Positions 19,272-29,200 of a stretch of 64,000 nt of DNA are shown one piece after another. The DNA is from a virus. Taxonomy: Duplodnaviria > Caudoviricetes. The notes below the pieces were generated by a model. That model searched no databases and was not told the origin of the DNA. It saw only the letters and a list, made by a program, of their open reading frames with translations. The DNA lies in IMG/VR virus record IMGVR_UViG_3300027985_000282, positions 2,050 through 66,049 of that record. One strand, 5' to 3'. Each line of letters begins with the position of its first letter. Positions within the stretch are counted from its first letter, which is position 1. The position numbers and the translations under genes were made by a program.

Positions 19272-21215
19272 ATGACACCAGATTTTATACCTAACTTACC
19301 TAACCCATCTGTTGCACCGTTCTACGATAACAACATGATTACAAATAGCAATGTTGGTGACTTCAGAACAGCAGCAGTAGCTGTTAGCGAAGCAAATGTT
19401 AATCCTCTAGGAGCTGAGGATGTCGCACTTATTAACAGCAAGTATACACTAGATATTAGGAACGTTGTTACAACTAAGCATAAAGAGCAGTTTCCTATGC
19501 TGTTTACTTTCGACTTAGGTGCTAAGTCTGCTAATCTAGGCGACTCTCACATGATTGGAGAAGACAATTCTCAAGATATGCAGATGTATGATTATATGCA
19601 GCACAAACTAAGACTAGCAAGTCTTGGTACTGGTGGAGTACCATATGCGATTGATGATCCATTGAATATAGGTGGTATGCTGAAGTTCAGAGCTTTAGGT
19701 TCTGGAATGCTAGCAAAGTTTGCTACAGCTTATGATGGTACTGCTGTTAATGATTTGCTTAATGGCACTACAGTTACTACAACTCACGCTCCTACTGTTA
19801 CTCTTGCAGATGTAACTCTTAATGGAGCAGCTAAGCATCACATATTACCTATTGCATGGGGTCTTGGTGGTGCTGGTGAGACAATGTCTAATGGTGGGTC
19901 TGATGCTATTAGAACAATCTCTAAACTTATCGGTGTATTTAAAGCTGAGAAATATAAGGAGCTTGGTGTAACAAACGCTATCACAGAGGCAACCTCTAAT
20001 ACTCCTTGGTTTGGATATTCACACATTGCTGGTGCAGATGGAGAGATCAGAACAGTACATGCACTGTTTGAAGACCTAGCTGTTAAGATTGATAGCACTG
20101 TGTATCAGTTAAATGAAGTAGTTGTTAGAATTGCAGGATTCTTCTACAGATCAGACTATAAGCAGTTCGTACTGTTACTAGACTTTGATTACTCAAACAT
20201 TGAGGAGCCTCTATCTGGTACTGCTGCTTCAAACACATTCCTACTAGAGGAAATAGCTAAAGATGCTGACTCGTCATTTGCTGGGACATTTACTAGACTA
20301 AGTGATAGATTCTTACTTGGTATGCACACATCTGTTCCGACTGCTATCGCTCAGGGTTCTGACTTTGCAATGGAAGGTGTTAACGGATTCATGTATGAAG
20401 TATCATACTCTCAGAACTTCTCTCAGATCGTAACCTCTGATCCTGTTGTTCAAACTGGTACATTGCTTAAGACTGTAGGATCATTAAGAGTGAATCAGCC
20501 AGCTAAGCTTAGAGAAAAAGCATTGTTAGACTTTAAAAAGAAAAGAAGAAACTTACAGCTATGGGGTAAAGGTGCTTCACGTAAGGTCAATGCACAAGGT
20601 AAGATTGAACAAACCTCAGCAGGATTCTTCAACTATCAGATGTTTCCTATTCGTTACAGCAAGATGAAGTTAAACAGATACTCTGCTGCTGATAAGTTAG
20701 AAGCTGGAAGAGCATTCGTTAAGAACTATGCTAGAAGTGTATTTGCGTTCAATCCTACTGCACAGGATACAGGTGTTATAGAGGTAATGTGTTCTAGATA
20801 TTTTGCTGACCTGTTGGATGATATGTTGAAATTAGGTCTACAAACTGCTAACAATGTTGCTGGTTACACAACTGGCGGACAACCATTGCCAGCAGGTCAA
20901 ACAATGAACCTTAAGAGGTCATTTACTGACATCGCTACTACTTATGGTACGCTTAGATTCAAAGTAGATGCATCGTTGGATTATGTGCCAGATATGATGC
21001 TACCAGCATTTTTAGGCACTGATTACAATCCTAAAACAATGCTAGTTGCAATTAACCCAGGAAACGTATCAACTGTTGTTACTAGAGCACCAGAGCTTAA
21101 GGGTAATATACAAGGTAACAACGCAGACTATGTCGCTGAGATCATGTATTCTGAAGAGACTACTGAGGTAAGAGATTGCATGTCTCATATGGTTACACTC
21201 GTAGATGTTCAATAA
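19272..21215 (+). CDS. Major capsid protein (large, HK97-type with insertion)
   Basis: Position after portal and scaffold; followed by a terminator; motifs NFSQI, LWG, TTYGTLRF and NIQGNNADY..E...E...EVR..SH. Confidence 0.75.
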   Translation: MTPDFIPNLPNPSVAPFYDNNMITNSNVGDFRTAAVAVSEANVNPLGAEDVALINSKYTLDIRNVVTTKHKEQFPMLFTFDLGAKSANLGDSHMIGEDNSQDMQMYDYMQHKLRLASLGTGGVPYAIDDPLNIGGMLKFRALGSGMLAKFATAYDGTAVNDLLNGTTVTTTHAPTVTLADVTLNGAAKHHILPIAWGLGGAGETMSNGGSDAIRTISKLIGVFKAEKYKELGVTNAITEATSNTPWFGYSHIAGADGEIRTVHALFEDLAVKIDSTVYQLNEVVVRIAGFFYRSDYKQFVLLLDFDYSNIEEPLSGTAASNTFLLEEIAKDADSSFAGTFTRLSDRFLLGMHTSVPTAIAQGSDFAMEGVNGFMYEVSYSQNFSQIVTSDPVVQTGTLLKTVGSLRVNQPAKLREKALLDFKKKRRNLQLWGKGASRKVNAQGKIEQTSAGFFNYQMFPIRYSKMKLNRYSAADKLEAGRAFVKNYARSVFAFNPTAQDTGVIEVMCSRYFADLLDDMLKLGLQTANNVAGYTTGGQPLPAGQTMNLKRSFTDIATTYGTLRFKVDASLDYVPDMMLPAFLGTDYNPKTMLVAINPGNVSTVVTRAPELKGNIQGNNADYVAEIMYSEETTEVRDCMSHMVTLVDVQ

Positions 21216-21218
21216 CTT

Positions 21219-21242
21219 AAAGTGGAGCTTGTCTCCACTTTT
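21219..21242 (+). terminator. Intrinsic terminator after the capsid gene
   Basis: aaagtggag-cttgt-ctccacttt followed by T-rich sequence. Confidence 0.75.
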
Positions 21243-21263
21243 CTATTTATCACAGAGGTAAGT

Positions 21264-21821
21264 ATGACACTAAAGAAAGTAGTATTAGCAAGCAATAATA
21301 TCCTGTATAAAGATATAGAGTTTCCTAACGGCAAGAAAGTAAGGATAGGTAAAGGAGGTGTAAGGCACTACATTCCTATCAGTATGGATGAACTTAACTT
21401 TATCAGTAGGCAAAGAGATATAATGCTTGTACCTCCAACACTTGAAGAGGTTAATACTAGATTGCTTGAAGAGATCAAAGTCCCTCTAGCTGATGTTAAG
21501 CTTGATGAGGACGAGATAGAAGCATTCACTATAGACAGAGGAGCTGAAGAAGCTCTTAGGTTAGAGTTGCTTAACAGAGGATTTGATGTGACTAGAATAT
21601 CTCATAGCGACTATGAGAAGATGAATACTAAGAATCTGTCAGACACAGCACTGATAGTGGAACTGGCTAAGAGAGCAAGTAAAAATGAAAGCATAGCAAA
21701 AGCTATTGCTATGTATATGGGTAACCCAACAACCAGCATAGAAGATATGAGTGAAGCTGAGTTGAAAGCTAAGCTTGCACTGCTCGGATATGAAGGACTA
21801 AGAAAGAGAGCGACTACATGA
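21264..21821 (+). CDS. Hypothetical protein
   Basis: ATG at 21264 follows GAGGT; the track start at 21222 lies inside the terminator. Confidence 0.6.
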   Translation: MTLKKVVLASNNILYKDIEFPNGKKVRIGKGGVRHYIPISMDELNFISRQRDIMLVPPTLEEVNTRLLEEIKVPLADVKLDEDEIEAFTIDRGAEEALRLELLNRGFDVTRISHSDYEKMNTKNLSDTALIVELAKRASKNESIAKAIAMYMGNPTTSIEDMSEAELKAKLALLGYEGLRKRATT

Positions 21822-22150
21822 AATCAAAGATAGCTAAGTTAGTTGTAAATTCAGATAGCCCAGAGGGGCTGATTAGTACATCTAATAGCAATGTAAACAT
21901 TGAGGTTGTGTCTATTATACTAGACGCTAAGAACACAACAGATAAAGAGATTCTTGTTAAGCTAATAGCTGAGTCAAACTCTGGTTCAGTATGCGTATCA
22001 CGTATAGGAGTACCAGCTAAGAGTGAAAAGACTGTTAGCATTGTAGATTCTAACAAGAACTTTATCGTACTAAACAAAGGTGACATAACTAAATTATCTG
22101 TTGCAGCTCCTAAAGGTACGGCAATAGAGGCAGTTATAAATATGGAGTAG
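21818..22150 (+). CDS. Small beta-rich virion protein
   Basis: ATGA overlap; pattern GVPAKSE...IVLNKGD. Confidence 0.5.
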   Translation: MKSKIAKLVVNSDSPEGLISTSNSNVNIEVVSIILDAKNTTDKEILVKLIAESNSGSVCVSRIGVPAKSEKTVSIVDSNKNFIVLNKGDITKLSVAAPKGTAIEAVINME

Positions 22151-22153
22151 CAT

Positions 22154-22807
22154 GTGAAGTTAAGTAAGCTTACAAGCATATTTGATGTAGCTACACTTCA
22201 ATCTGGGTACGAGGCGACTGTTGAAATGATACGGTTGCCTCGTGTCGTTTTACCAGTTACGATAGTTAACGGCAATAGATTTAAGCTACGCAAAATGCAA
22301 CATACGCTGTACAGAGTTGATGGTTCTGAAGTTGCTCTTAAGAACATAGAGAGTATAACTAATAGAGTTGGCTCTGTAGACGCTGAAGTATACATAGACG
22401 GAGTCCCAACGATAGGGTATATCAATGATATAATTGAACGATATAGTCTTGATAGAGAAGAGTATTTACAGTCTACATTGTGCGTATCAGAAGATGAGTA
22501 CATTGCATCAGTAAATAACGCTTCGTTTGTAGTTGTAGGTAATCAGTATCCATACTTCGTAACACCTATAAATGAAGCAAATAGAGAAGCGAGATTCTAT
22601 AGCATTGCTACAATGATAGAGTTGTATGGTGAGGAGAATCTAGTAGCTGATGATTTGTTGGCATCTCTTACTATGCTTAAATGCAAGGAGCTTATATATA
22701 TGAATGATGGCTCAATAGGACTTGCATCACAGTATGAGTCTTTACATAGTGAGATGATAAATATATATAACAGTAATAATACTAATGCAGTTAATGAGAT
22801 GGTGTAG
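22154..22807 (+). CDS. Putative head-tail connector/ring protein
   Basis: Size and position; GGAG SD. Confidence 0.45.
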   Translation: MKLSKLTSIFDVATLQSGYEATVEMIRLPRVVLPVTIVNGNRFKLRKMQHTLYRVDGSEVALKNIESITNRVGSVDAEVYIDGVPTIGYINDIIERYSLDREEYLQSTLCVSEDEYIASVNNASFVVVGNQYPYFVTPINEANREARFYSIATMIELYGEENLVADDLLASLTMLKCKELIYMNDGSIGLASQYESLHSEMINIYNSNNTNAVNEMV

Positions 22808-22810
22808 AGT

Positions 22811-23353
22811 ATGATAGACAAGTATATAAGCGACGTATATCCTGAACTGAATGATGATATTCTATGGTTCATGCAACTAATGGATCATAGATATTTATGC
22901 AATGCTACACATATAAGGAGTAGCTTCAATTTGCTTGAAAATCAATTAACTATTTTGCCATTGCATGGAGCTGTAATTCGATTAAACTCTGAGTTGAAGA
23001 AATACTCATTTACTGAATTTAACGAGATTTCTGTAGCTGGAAACAGCATAATTTCTGCAAATAATTTACTTGAAAGTTATTGCATTCTAGGTAATCAGAT
23101 TTGCACAATTAACAGTAATGAGACTGTAACTGTTGAGTATGATAGCGTTAAGTATGAGCATAGCAATATAGACAGAGATGTATACTCTCCTCTTACAGCT
23201 CTTATGGCATCGTTGCACATGTCATCATTTAACAATGTATATGATCTTATGAACAAGTTAAGTATTGCTAAACGTAATATACCTCAGAAAGTATCTGTGC
23301 AACAACGAACAAAGAATACTAAGACTGTAAGTAGTAAGGTATTTAAACTATGA
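22811..23353 (+). CDS. Putative connector/ring protein
   Basis: Size and position; C-terminus SSKVFKL resembles SSKLFKI of the next gene. Confidence 0.45.
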   Translation: MIDKYISDVYPELNDDILWFMQLMDHRYLCNATHIRSSFNLLENQLTILPLHGAVIRLNSELKKYSFTEFNEISVAGNSIISANNLLESYCILGNQICTINSNETVTVEYDSVKYEHSNIDRDVYSPLTALMASLHMSSFNNVYDLMNKLSIAKRNIPQKVSVQQRTKNTKTVSSKVFKL

Positions 23354-23847
23354 AACATATAAACAAATATACAAGCGACATAGAGTTGCAGGATTCGTTC
23401 TCCAGAGCTGGAGATTTTTTAGTATATAGTACAACAGGAATTGCTAGCTTCTCAATCATAGGCATTACTCATGGTGTAAAGACCTTAGATGCTGATAGGC
23501 TGATTAGTGATGTTGTATTAGAAAATCTACCTGTTGCAATGCATATGGGCGAAATAGTTGATATTAACTGGAATACTGGAGAACCATGCAATTATACGCC
23601 TAAGATTCTAGGCAATGTATTTATAGGACTTAACTGGACTGCATATGCAACAGTGTATGAGTATAGTGATAATATGATAAGCGATGTGTTAGGGTCTGTA
23701 TTTGCATCTGCAATGAATGACGACTTACAATCAGCTAATGCATATTTGCGTACAGCTCAAATGTTGTTATCGCTAGTTAAAGACAAAAGAGCTGATTTAC
23801 CTATGCCTAGCAGGTATACAAGCTCAAGTAAGCTATTTAAAATATAG
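23350..23847 (+). CDS. Putative connector/ring protein
   Basis: ATGA overlap; both termini resemble the previous gene (KYISD/KYTSD and SSK.FK). Confidence 0.45.
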   Translation: MKHINKYTSDIELQDSFSRAGDFLVYSTTGIASFSIIGITHGVKTLDADRLISDVVLENLPVAMHMGEIVDINWNTGEPCNYTPKILGNVFIGLNWTAYATVYEYSDNMISDVLGSVFASAMNDDLQSANAYLRTAQMLLSLVKDKRADLPMPSRYTSSSKLFKI

Positions 23848-23855
23848 GAGGTGTA

Positions 23856-24296
23856 ATGGAGTTTACATCAAATCAATATACTGCTATTGGTGCTGGAGGA
23901 TTATTAGGACTTGCATCATCTATAACAGGCAACAATGCTGTAGCAGCTAATAATAAAAGTATAGATGCTGCAATAAAAGAGCTTAGAGCTAGAGCAGCTG
24001 AGCTAGCTAAAGAGCGTAAACAGATAATAAGCACAGGAAGCAATGCTGCAAACAACTTCTTATTGTCATATATGACAATCAAAGATCCTAATAAGGCTCA
24101 GGGCTTAACATCCGTGTACAGTCAGAATGTTAATAACACTTCTAATTTAATGAGAAGCAACAGTTCTGAACAATCCGCTGTGTCATCTAGCATAGCACAG
24201 TTGAAGGCTCAAAAACAACACGAAAAAGAGTGGTGGGAGACTGGTCTCGATATGTTAGGAGGTGCAGCATCTACATTACCACTACTACTAATATAG
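23856..24296 (+). CDS. Internal virion (ejection) protein
   Basis: G/A-rich hydrophobic N- and C-termini flanking a coiled coil. Confidence 0.6.
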   Translation: MEFTSNQYTAIGAGGLLGLASSITGNNAVAANNKSIDAAIKELRARAAELAKERKQIISTGSNAANNFLLSYMTIKDPNKAQGLTSVYSQNVNNTSNLMRSNSSEQSAVSSSIAQLKAQKQHEKEWWETGLDMLGGAASTLPLLLI

Positions 24297-24305
24297 GAGT
24301 ACACA

Positions 24306-24977
24306 ATGGAGCAAGTACAACAACCTAATTACTTTATGCTGTTTATGCAGAACCTGCAAGACGCTACAAAGCTTAAGTATGACAAAGAGCAGAGAGTTGA
24401 AGATAGAGCATTGCAAAAGACGCAACTAGAAGAAACAGCAAGGCATAACAAGTCTGTAGAGGAGCTGAATAAAACTCAGATGGATAAAGAGTTTTTAATG
24501 CGATCAATGGATTATGCACTTAATCAGGAGAATGCACGCTTTAACCAGTATATAAACGTTGAGAAGCTTAAAGCAGAGCAAGACTATAATAAGAGCATGA
24601 TAGGCATAAAGAACAGGGAACTAGGATTAGCTAGCGACCAGTTCAAATACAATAAGTATATCACAGGTAAAGAGATGGAGACTGTTGCTTTAGGTGCTTA
24701 TGCTGCTAACATTGATGCATCTAATAAGATAAGGCAAGATCATCCATACACTGAATTCGGTACATATGACTTTGAAATAAACGGCAAGACACTTACGTTT
24801 AATCTACCTAAGCTCGGACAGTCGTCTAGAATATTCACAGTAGGAAACGAATCGTACAAGAGTGATATTAGCAATAAGCTAAGCAGGCAACCGTACCCAA
24901 GACCATACAACTACCCTTGGGGACTAGCATTTCAACAGTATCCTACATATAATCCTTACGATGTTGGAGGTAAGTAA
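24306..24977 (+). CDS. Internal virion (ejection/pilot-like) protein
   Basis: Coiled coil with an EETARHNK motif; AGGAG SD. Confidence 0.55.
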   Translation: MEQVQQPNYFMLFMQNLQDATKLKYDKEQRVEDRALQKTQLEETARHNKSVEELNKTQMDKEFLMRSMDYALNQENARFNQYINVEKLKAEQDYNKSMIGIKNRELGLASDQFKYNKYITGKEMETVALGAYAANIDASNKIRQDHPYTEFGTYDFEINGKTLTFNLPKLGQSSRIFTVGNESYKSDISNKLSRQPYPRPYNYPWGLAFQQYPTYNPYDVGGK

Positions 24978-26191
24978 TGAAAGCAAAGATACTCAGCACA
25001 ATAGCTGGAGTATTCGCATCTGGAGCAATAAGTGCGTTTAATAGAGATATGGAGAGATTCATTGCTAAGCATCTAGTATCTGGCGACACAGAAACAGAGA
25101 AGAGAAGCAAGGCTAAGTCTGTTATGAATATCGCTGGAGCTGCTGCTAATCTAGCAGTGGAAATCCCTTCTGCTATTGGAGGTACGGCATTAGCATTCGG
25201 TGCTCCTGGTATAGGGACTGCAATAGGTGTACCGTTAACCGCTTACGGATATTATGGCTCTGGAAAGAGCCTTATATCTATATATGACAGCATAGCTACA
25301 TTTGGAGAGTTGCCTGTCAATGACAAACCACTACAGCAATCGAAGTCGTATACAGAACTAGACATTGACACAGCTAAGACTATAATAACAACTAAAGAGG
25401 ATAAGATGGCTAAAGAAGGTTCTGGACTAGCAGCGTTTGAAGACGCTGGAGGAGATGACGCTCCAGAAAAGAAAGAGCAGAAAAACAATGATGTTATGAG
25501 TGTTGTTGAGCAGATATTATCTAAATCTGACGAGATAAAGTCTGCATTACTTGAGACTCTCAAGACTCCTGATGTAGACAAAGCAAGAGTTGACACACTG
25601 TATAATAGTTGGAAACAAACAGCATCTGTAGGAGCATCATCTGCGTTAGTAGGTTCTATACTGATGCTCAGAAAAGATGGTAATGCTGGTGCTGAAATGT
25701 ATAAGACTGGCATGCTACTGAATGAGCAAGCTTTACAAAAAGCATCAGCTATAATGTCTGCATTCTCTTCTAAAGATAGAAACGCTCAACTGTTCTTACG
25801 TAAAGAGTTAGGGGATTTAGAGGCTATGGGTGTTGATTCGCAACATGTTGCTAATGTTGCTAACTCATTGCAAACTATTATGCATCAAACAAACAGCTCT
25901 ATAGCTCAGATAATTAAAGATCGTACAAGTGACGATCCTATTAAAAGAGCTAAAGGATTGTTATCTATATACAGTGCACAAGCAAATGTATCTTTGCAAG
26001 CATTGAAGAATGCGTATCAAATGGCTAAGAATAACATTATAAGTAAAGCAGAGATTAAAGAGTATCAAGTAGCGTATAAGGAAGCTTTAGACAGCTATAA
26101 TAAAGTACAAGCTGTTTTCCGCCCTACATTGCTAAAGGCATTCGAGTCTGGAGTGTTAAGTCCTGAAGATATTGAAGAGCTTACACCTTAA
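24977..26191 (+). CDS. Internal virion (ejection) protein with Gly-rich hydrophobic segments
   Basis: GGTALAFGAPGIGTAIG segment; otherwise helical. Confidence 0.55.
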   Translation: MKAKILSTIAGVFASGAISAFNRDMERFIAKHLVSGDTETEKRSKAKSVMNIAGAAANLAVEIPSAIGGTALAFGAPGIGTAIGVPLTAYGYYGSGKSLISIYDSIATFGELPVNDKPLQQSKSYTELDIDTAKTIITTKEDKMAKEGSGLAAFEDAGGDDAPEKKEQKNNDVMSVVEQILSKSDEIKSALLETLKTPDVDKARVDTLYNSWKQTASVGASSALVGSILMLRKDGNAGAEMYKTGMLLNEQALQKASAIMSAFSSKDRNAQLFLRKELGDLEAMGVDSQHVANVANSLQTIMHQTNSSIAQIIKDRTSDDPIKRAKGLLSIYSAQANVSLQALKNAYQMAKNNIISKAEIKEYQVAYKEALDSYNKVQAVFRPTLLKAFESGVLSPEDIEELTP

Positions 26192-26208
26192 AATACATAA
26201 TAGGAGAT

Positions 26209-29200
26209 TTGATGAATCCTAGTGAGTTTATATTAGAGCATAAAGATAATATCATGAAGCTCTACAATACTGATCTTGAAGACATGCGTAAAAGCATGTC
26301 TTTGTATCAAAGCAACGATTACAACGATGTGCGGTTAACTCACCTAGTTAATCAGTTCGATGTAATAGATGGCGAGCTGGAAGGTGCATTATCTAAGCAT
26401 ATAGATAGTAATAGCGACAAAGTTGCATTTATGGTAGCTTCTAAATATGAAGCCTTCCTAAGTGATGCAAAGAAAGCATCTAAGAAGGTTAAACGTGAGC
26501 GATTAAGCATTGTACAGAAGAATATAGCAGAGTTAAGTGACTATTCTCCTGATAAGAAGGATAACTATGTAATGGCGTTACAAGCTGTAGGGTCTATCAA
26601 TGAAGACTTGAGTTATGGAACGTTCGGAGTTAGCACAACTGTAGATCATCCATTTGCTGTATCAGATAGTATAATTAGTAGGGTATTTAGTCGTGCTACT
26701 GATTTCACTATGACTGGTAATGCTTTCGCAGCGTTAGGAGCTGACCCTCTGCAAAGAGACGCAGCTATATACAATGAAGCACTTATGCAAGGTGTAATTA
26801 AGGAAAGTTCATTTGGAAGCATGTTTGAGACTACTGCGTCAATAGCATTAGGTGTCGCAATGGGAACTGCTGAACGTATAGCAGGTGGAGCATTAGTTAA
26901 TAAAACACTTAAGAATCCAGCTATTAAAAACCTGTTTCCTTCTAAATACAACAGAGCCATTCCTGTAGAACAAGCGTCGTACAGTAAATTGCAAAATGTT
27001 ATCAGCTCTGTAGGAAGTATAGCAAAGAATGAGTATACTAGACAAGCTATATACGGAGGAACGCTTGCTGCTCTGCAAGCTGTTAATGATGATGAAGGTC
27101 TTACAAAGCAACTTGGGTTGTTTAGTAGTGAAACATGGGCTGACGCTATACAAGCTGGAGTTGCATACGCTGCTGGAACCGCAATATCTAATAAGTGGAT
27201 AATGCCTGCTATTACTAAGAAAGCAGCACCATTCATTAAAAGATTTACAGATGAGTTTGACATGGCTATACAACAAGGTGAGAAGACTGCTGCTAAAAGC
27301 GTATTAGAAAAGCTCGTTGTTAAAGCTGATGAATGGGCTAAAACAGCTACTGATAGGCAAGCTATATCATACTTAAAAGCGAATATAGACAACGTTGCAT
27401 CTAAAGTTGCTACTACAGAAAACGTTTCTGGCATTATGTCTAAGTTCTTCGTATCATCATATGCTGGCAATCAGGCTAGTGCATTAAGTTGGCATAGCTT
27501 AGGAGCATTAACAGATACTGCTGTTGATTATGCATTAGATGTTGCATCCGTTAACATGTTAGAGTCTATTACGAATGGAGGATTATTTTCTCCAAGTACT
27601 ATAGCTATGTTTAAATGGAAAGAAGGTGACTGGAGAAGCAACTTAGAAGGTGTTGGAATTAACATTCTGCATAGACTTAGTGGAAAAGCTTCTGCTAAAG
27701 CAGCTGGACTTGCATTCAATCTCAACATCGATAGACGCTCAGGAATAGTAGGTGAAGCCGGCACTACAGATTGGATAGCTAAAGAGGCTAAGGAAAATAA
27801 CTGGGTGTACTCAGACACTGCTAAAATGTATACTCACCTATATAATCTCTTTATAGGAAATGACATGAAGAGATTAGATACGTACATCAGGAGTGTATCT
27901 CCTAATTCATCACTAAGCGAGTTTATATCAGACAAGTTAGATACTCATAAATTAGTAATGGCTGCTGCTTTTGCTGAGTATGCTAAGACTAAGAGTAAGG
28001 TTGCTCTATCTGGGTATGAATTAAAACGAACTGAACAGTTTAACAATGTGTTTGAGTCTATAAGTAAAGTTAATATAGATAGTGCTGCATTGATAGATTC
28101 TATAGTTGATACTACTCATACTGACGTTGCAAAGATAGAGTTTAACAATGAGGATCCTATAGCGTTTGGAAGTCGTGTTGCTGATAAACTTACAGAGGAT
28201 ATAGCAGTTAATAAACTAGAAGGTAAAACACGTTTTGCTCTTACAGAGTCTGATAGTGATAGACTGTCTATGTCATTATCAACATTGTTACGTGGTTTCG
28301 TAGTAGATAATACTGATGAGACTCAGGCGTTTTACTCTGCTGTTATACGTGGAATAGAAAAGAACCTTATCAACAAAGCTATTAAGGCTGATTCATCTGA
28401 ACAAGCAAGACCTGTATCTCTTAGTGATATTTCAGGTATAGCATTCTTGGATATAAAGCGTACAGCTCAGTCAATACCAAGAGACGCATTCGTTGCTGAG
28501 CATATAAAGCTAAGAGAATTGTTAAATTCTGATGATATTAAAAAGACAGCATCTATAGGAGATGTTGTGTCTAAAGAGTCTATATCAAATGCTGTAGAGA
28601 TGATTACTCTGTTAAAGAACAAAGAAGTCAACGATGCTGTTAATACAGCGTTACAAAACACAAGCGTAATACCTCGTATGATGCGTATAGATTTAGATAT
28701 AGTGAAAGACTTATCTGATAAGTTAAGTGCTGATACGCATAGTGTAGGCGAAATACGTACAGCAATTGTTAGCAATCCATCACGTATACGTGAGCTTGTT
28801 AATGCTGCAGTTGATACGTATGTAAAGCGTATAGAGAATCTGACAGTGCAGATAGAAAAGGGAAATAAACCGTCTACAAGTGAATCGTCTGAATTAGCTG
28901 CTACAGCTATCAAGCTAATACACATCACACAAAATGCTGGAATTCCTGATGTAGATGTGTTGAAGCGAGTTGATAATGCACTGCAGAATAATATGGTACG
29001 TACAGCAATAGAAGGTATTATGGATAGTAATACAATGGGCAATGCGTTAGCCTCGTATGCAGACGTTGCAAAGTATATAAGTACAGCTGGATATAGCAAT
29101 GTAATTGTTGACCTTATAGGATTGGCAGGAAGTTACAATATAGCATCTAATAGTGTTAATGCTCTTATACTAAATACTGTTAGAGGATATATTAGTAGTG

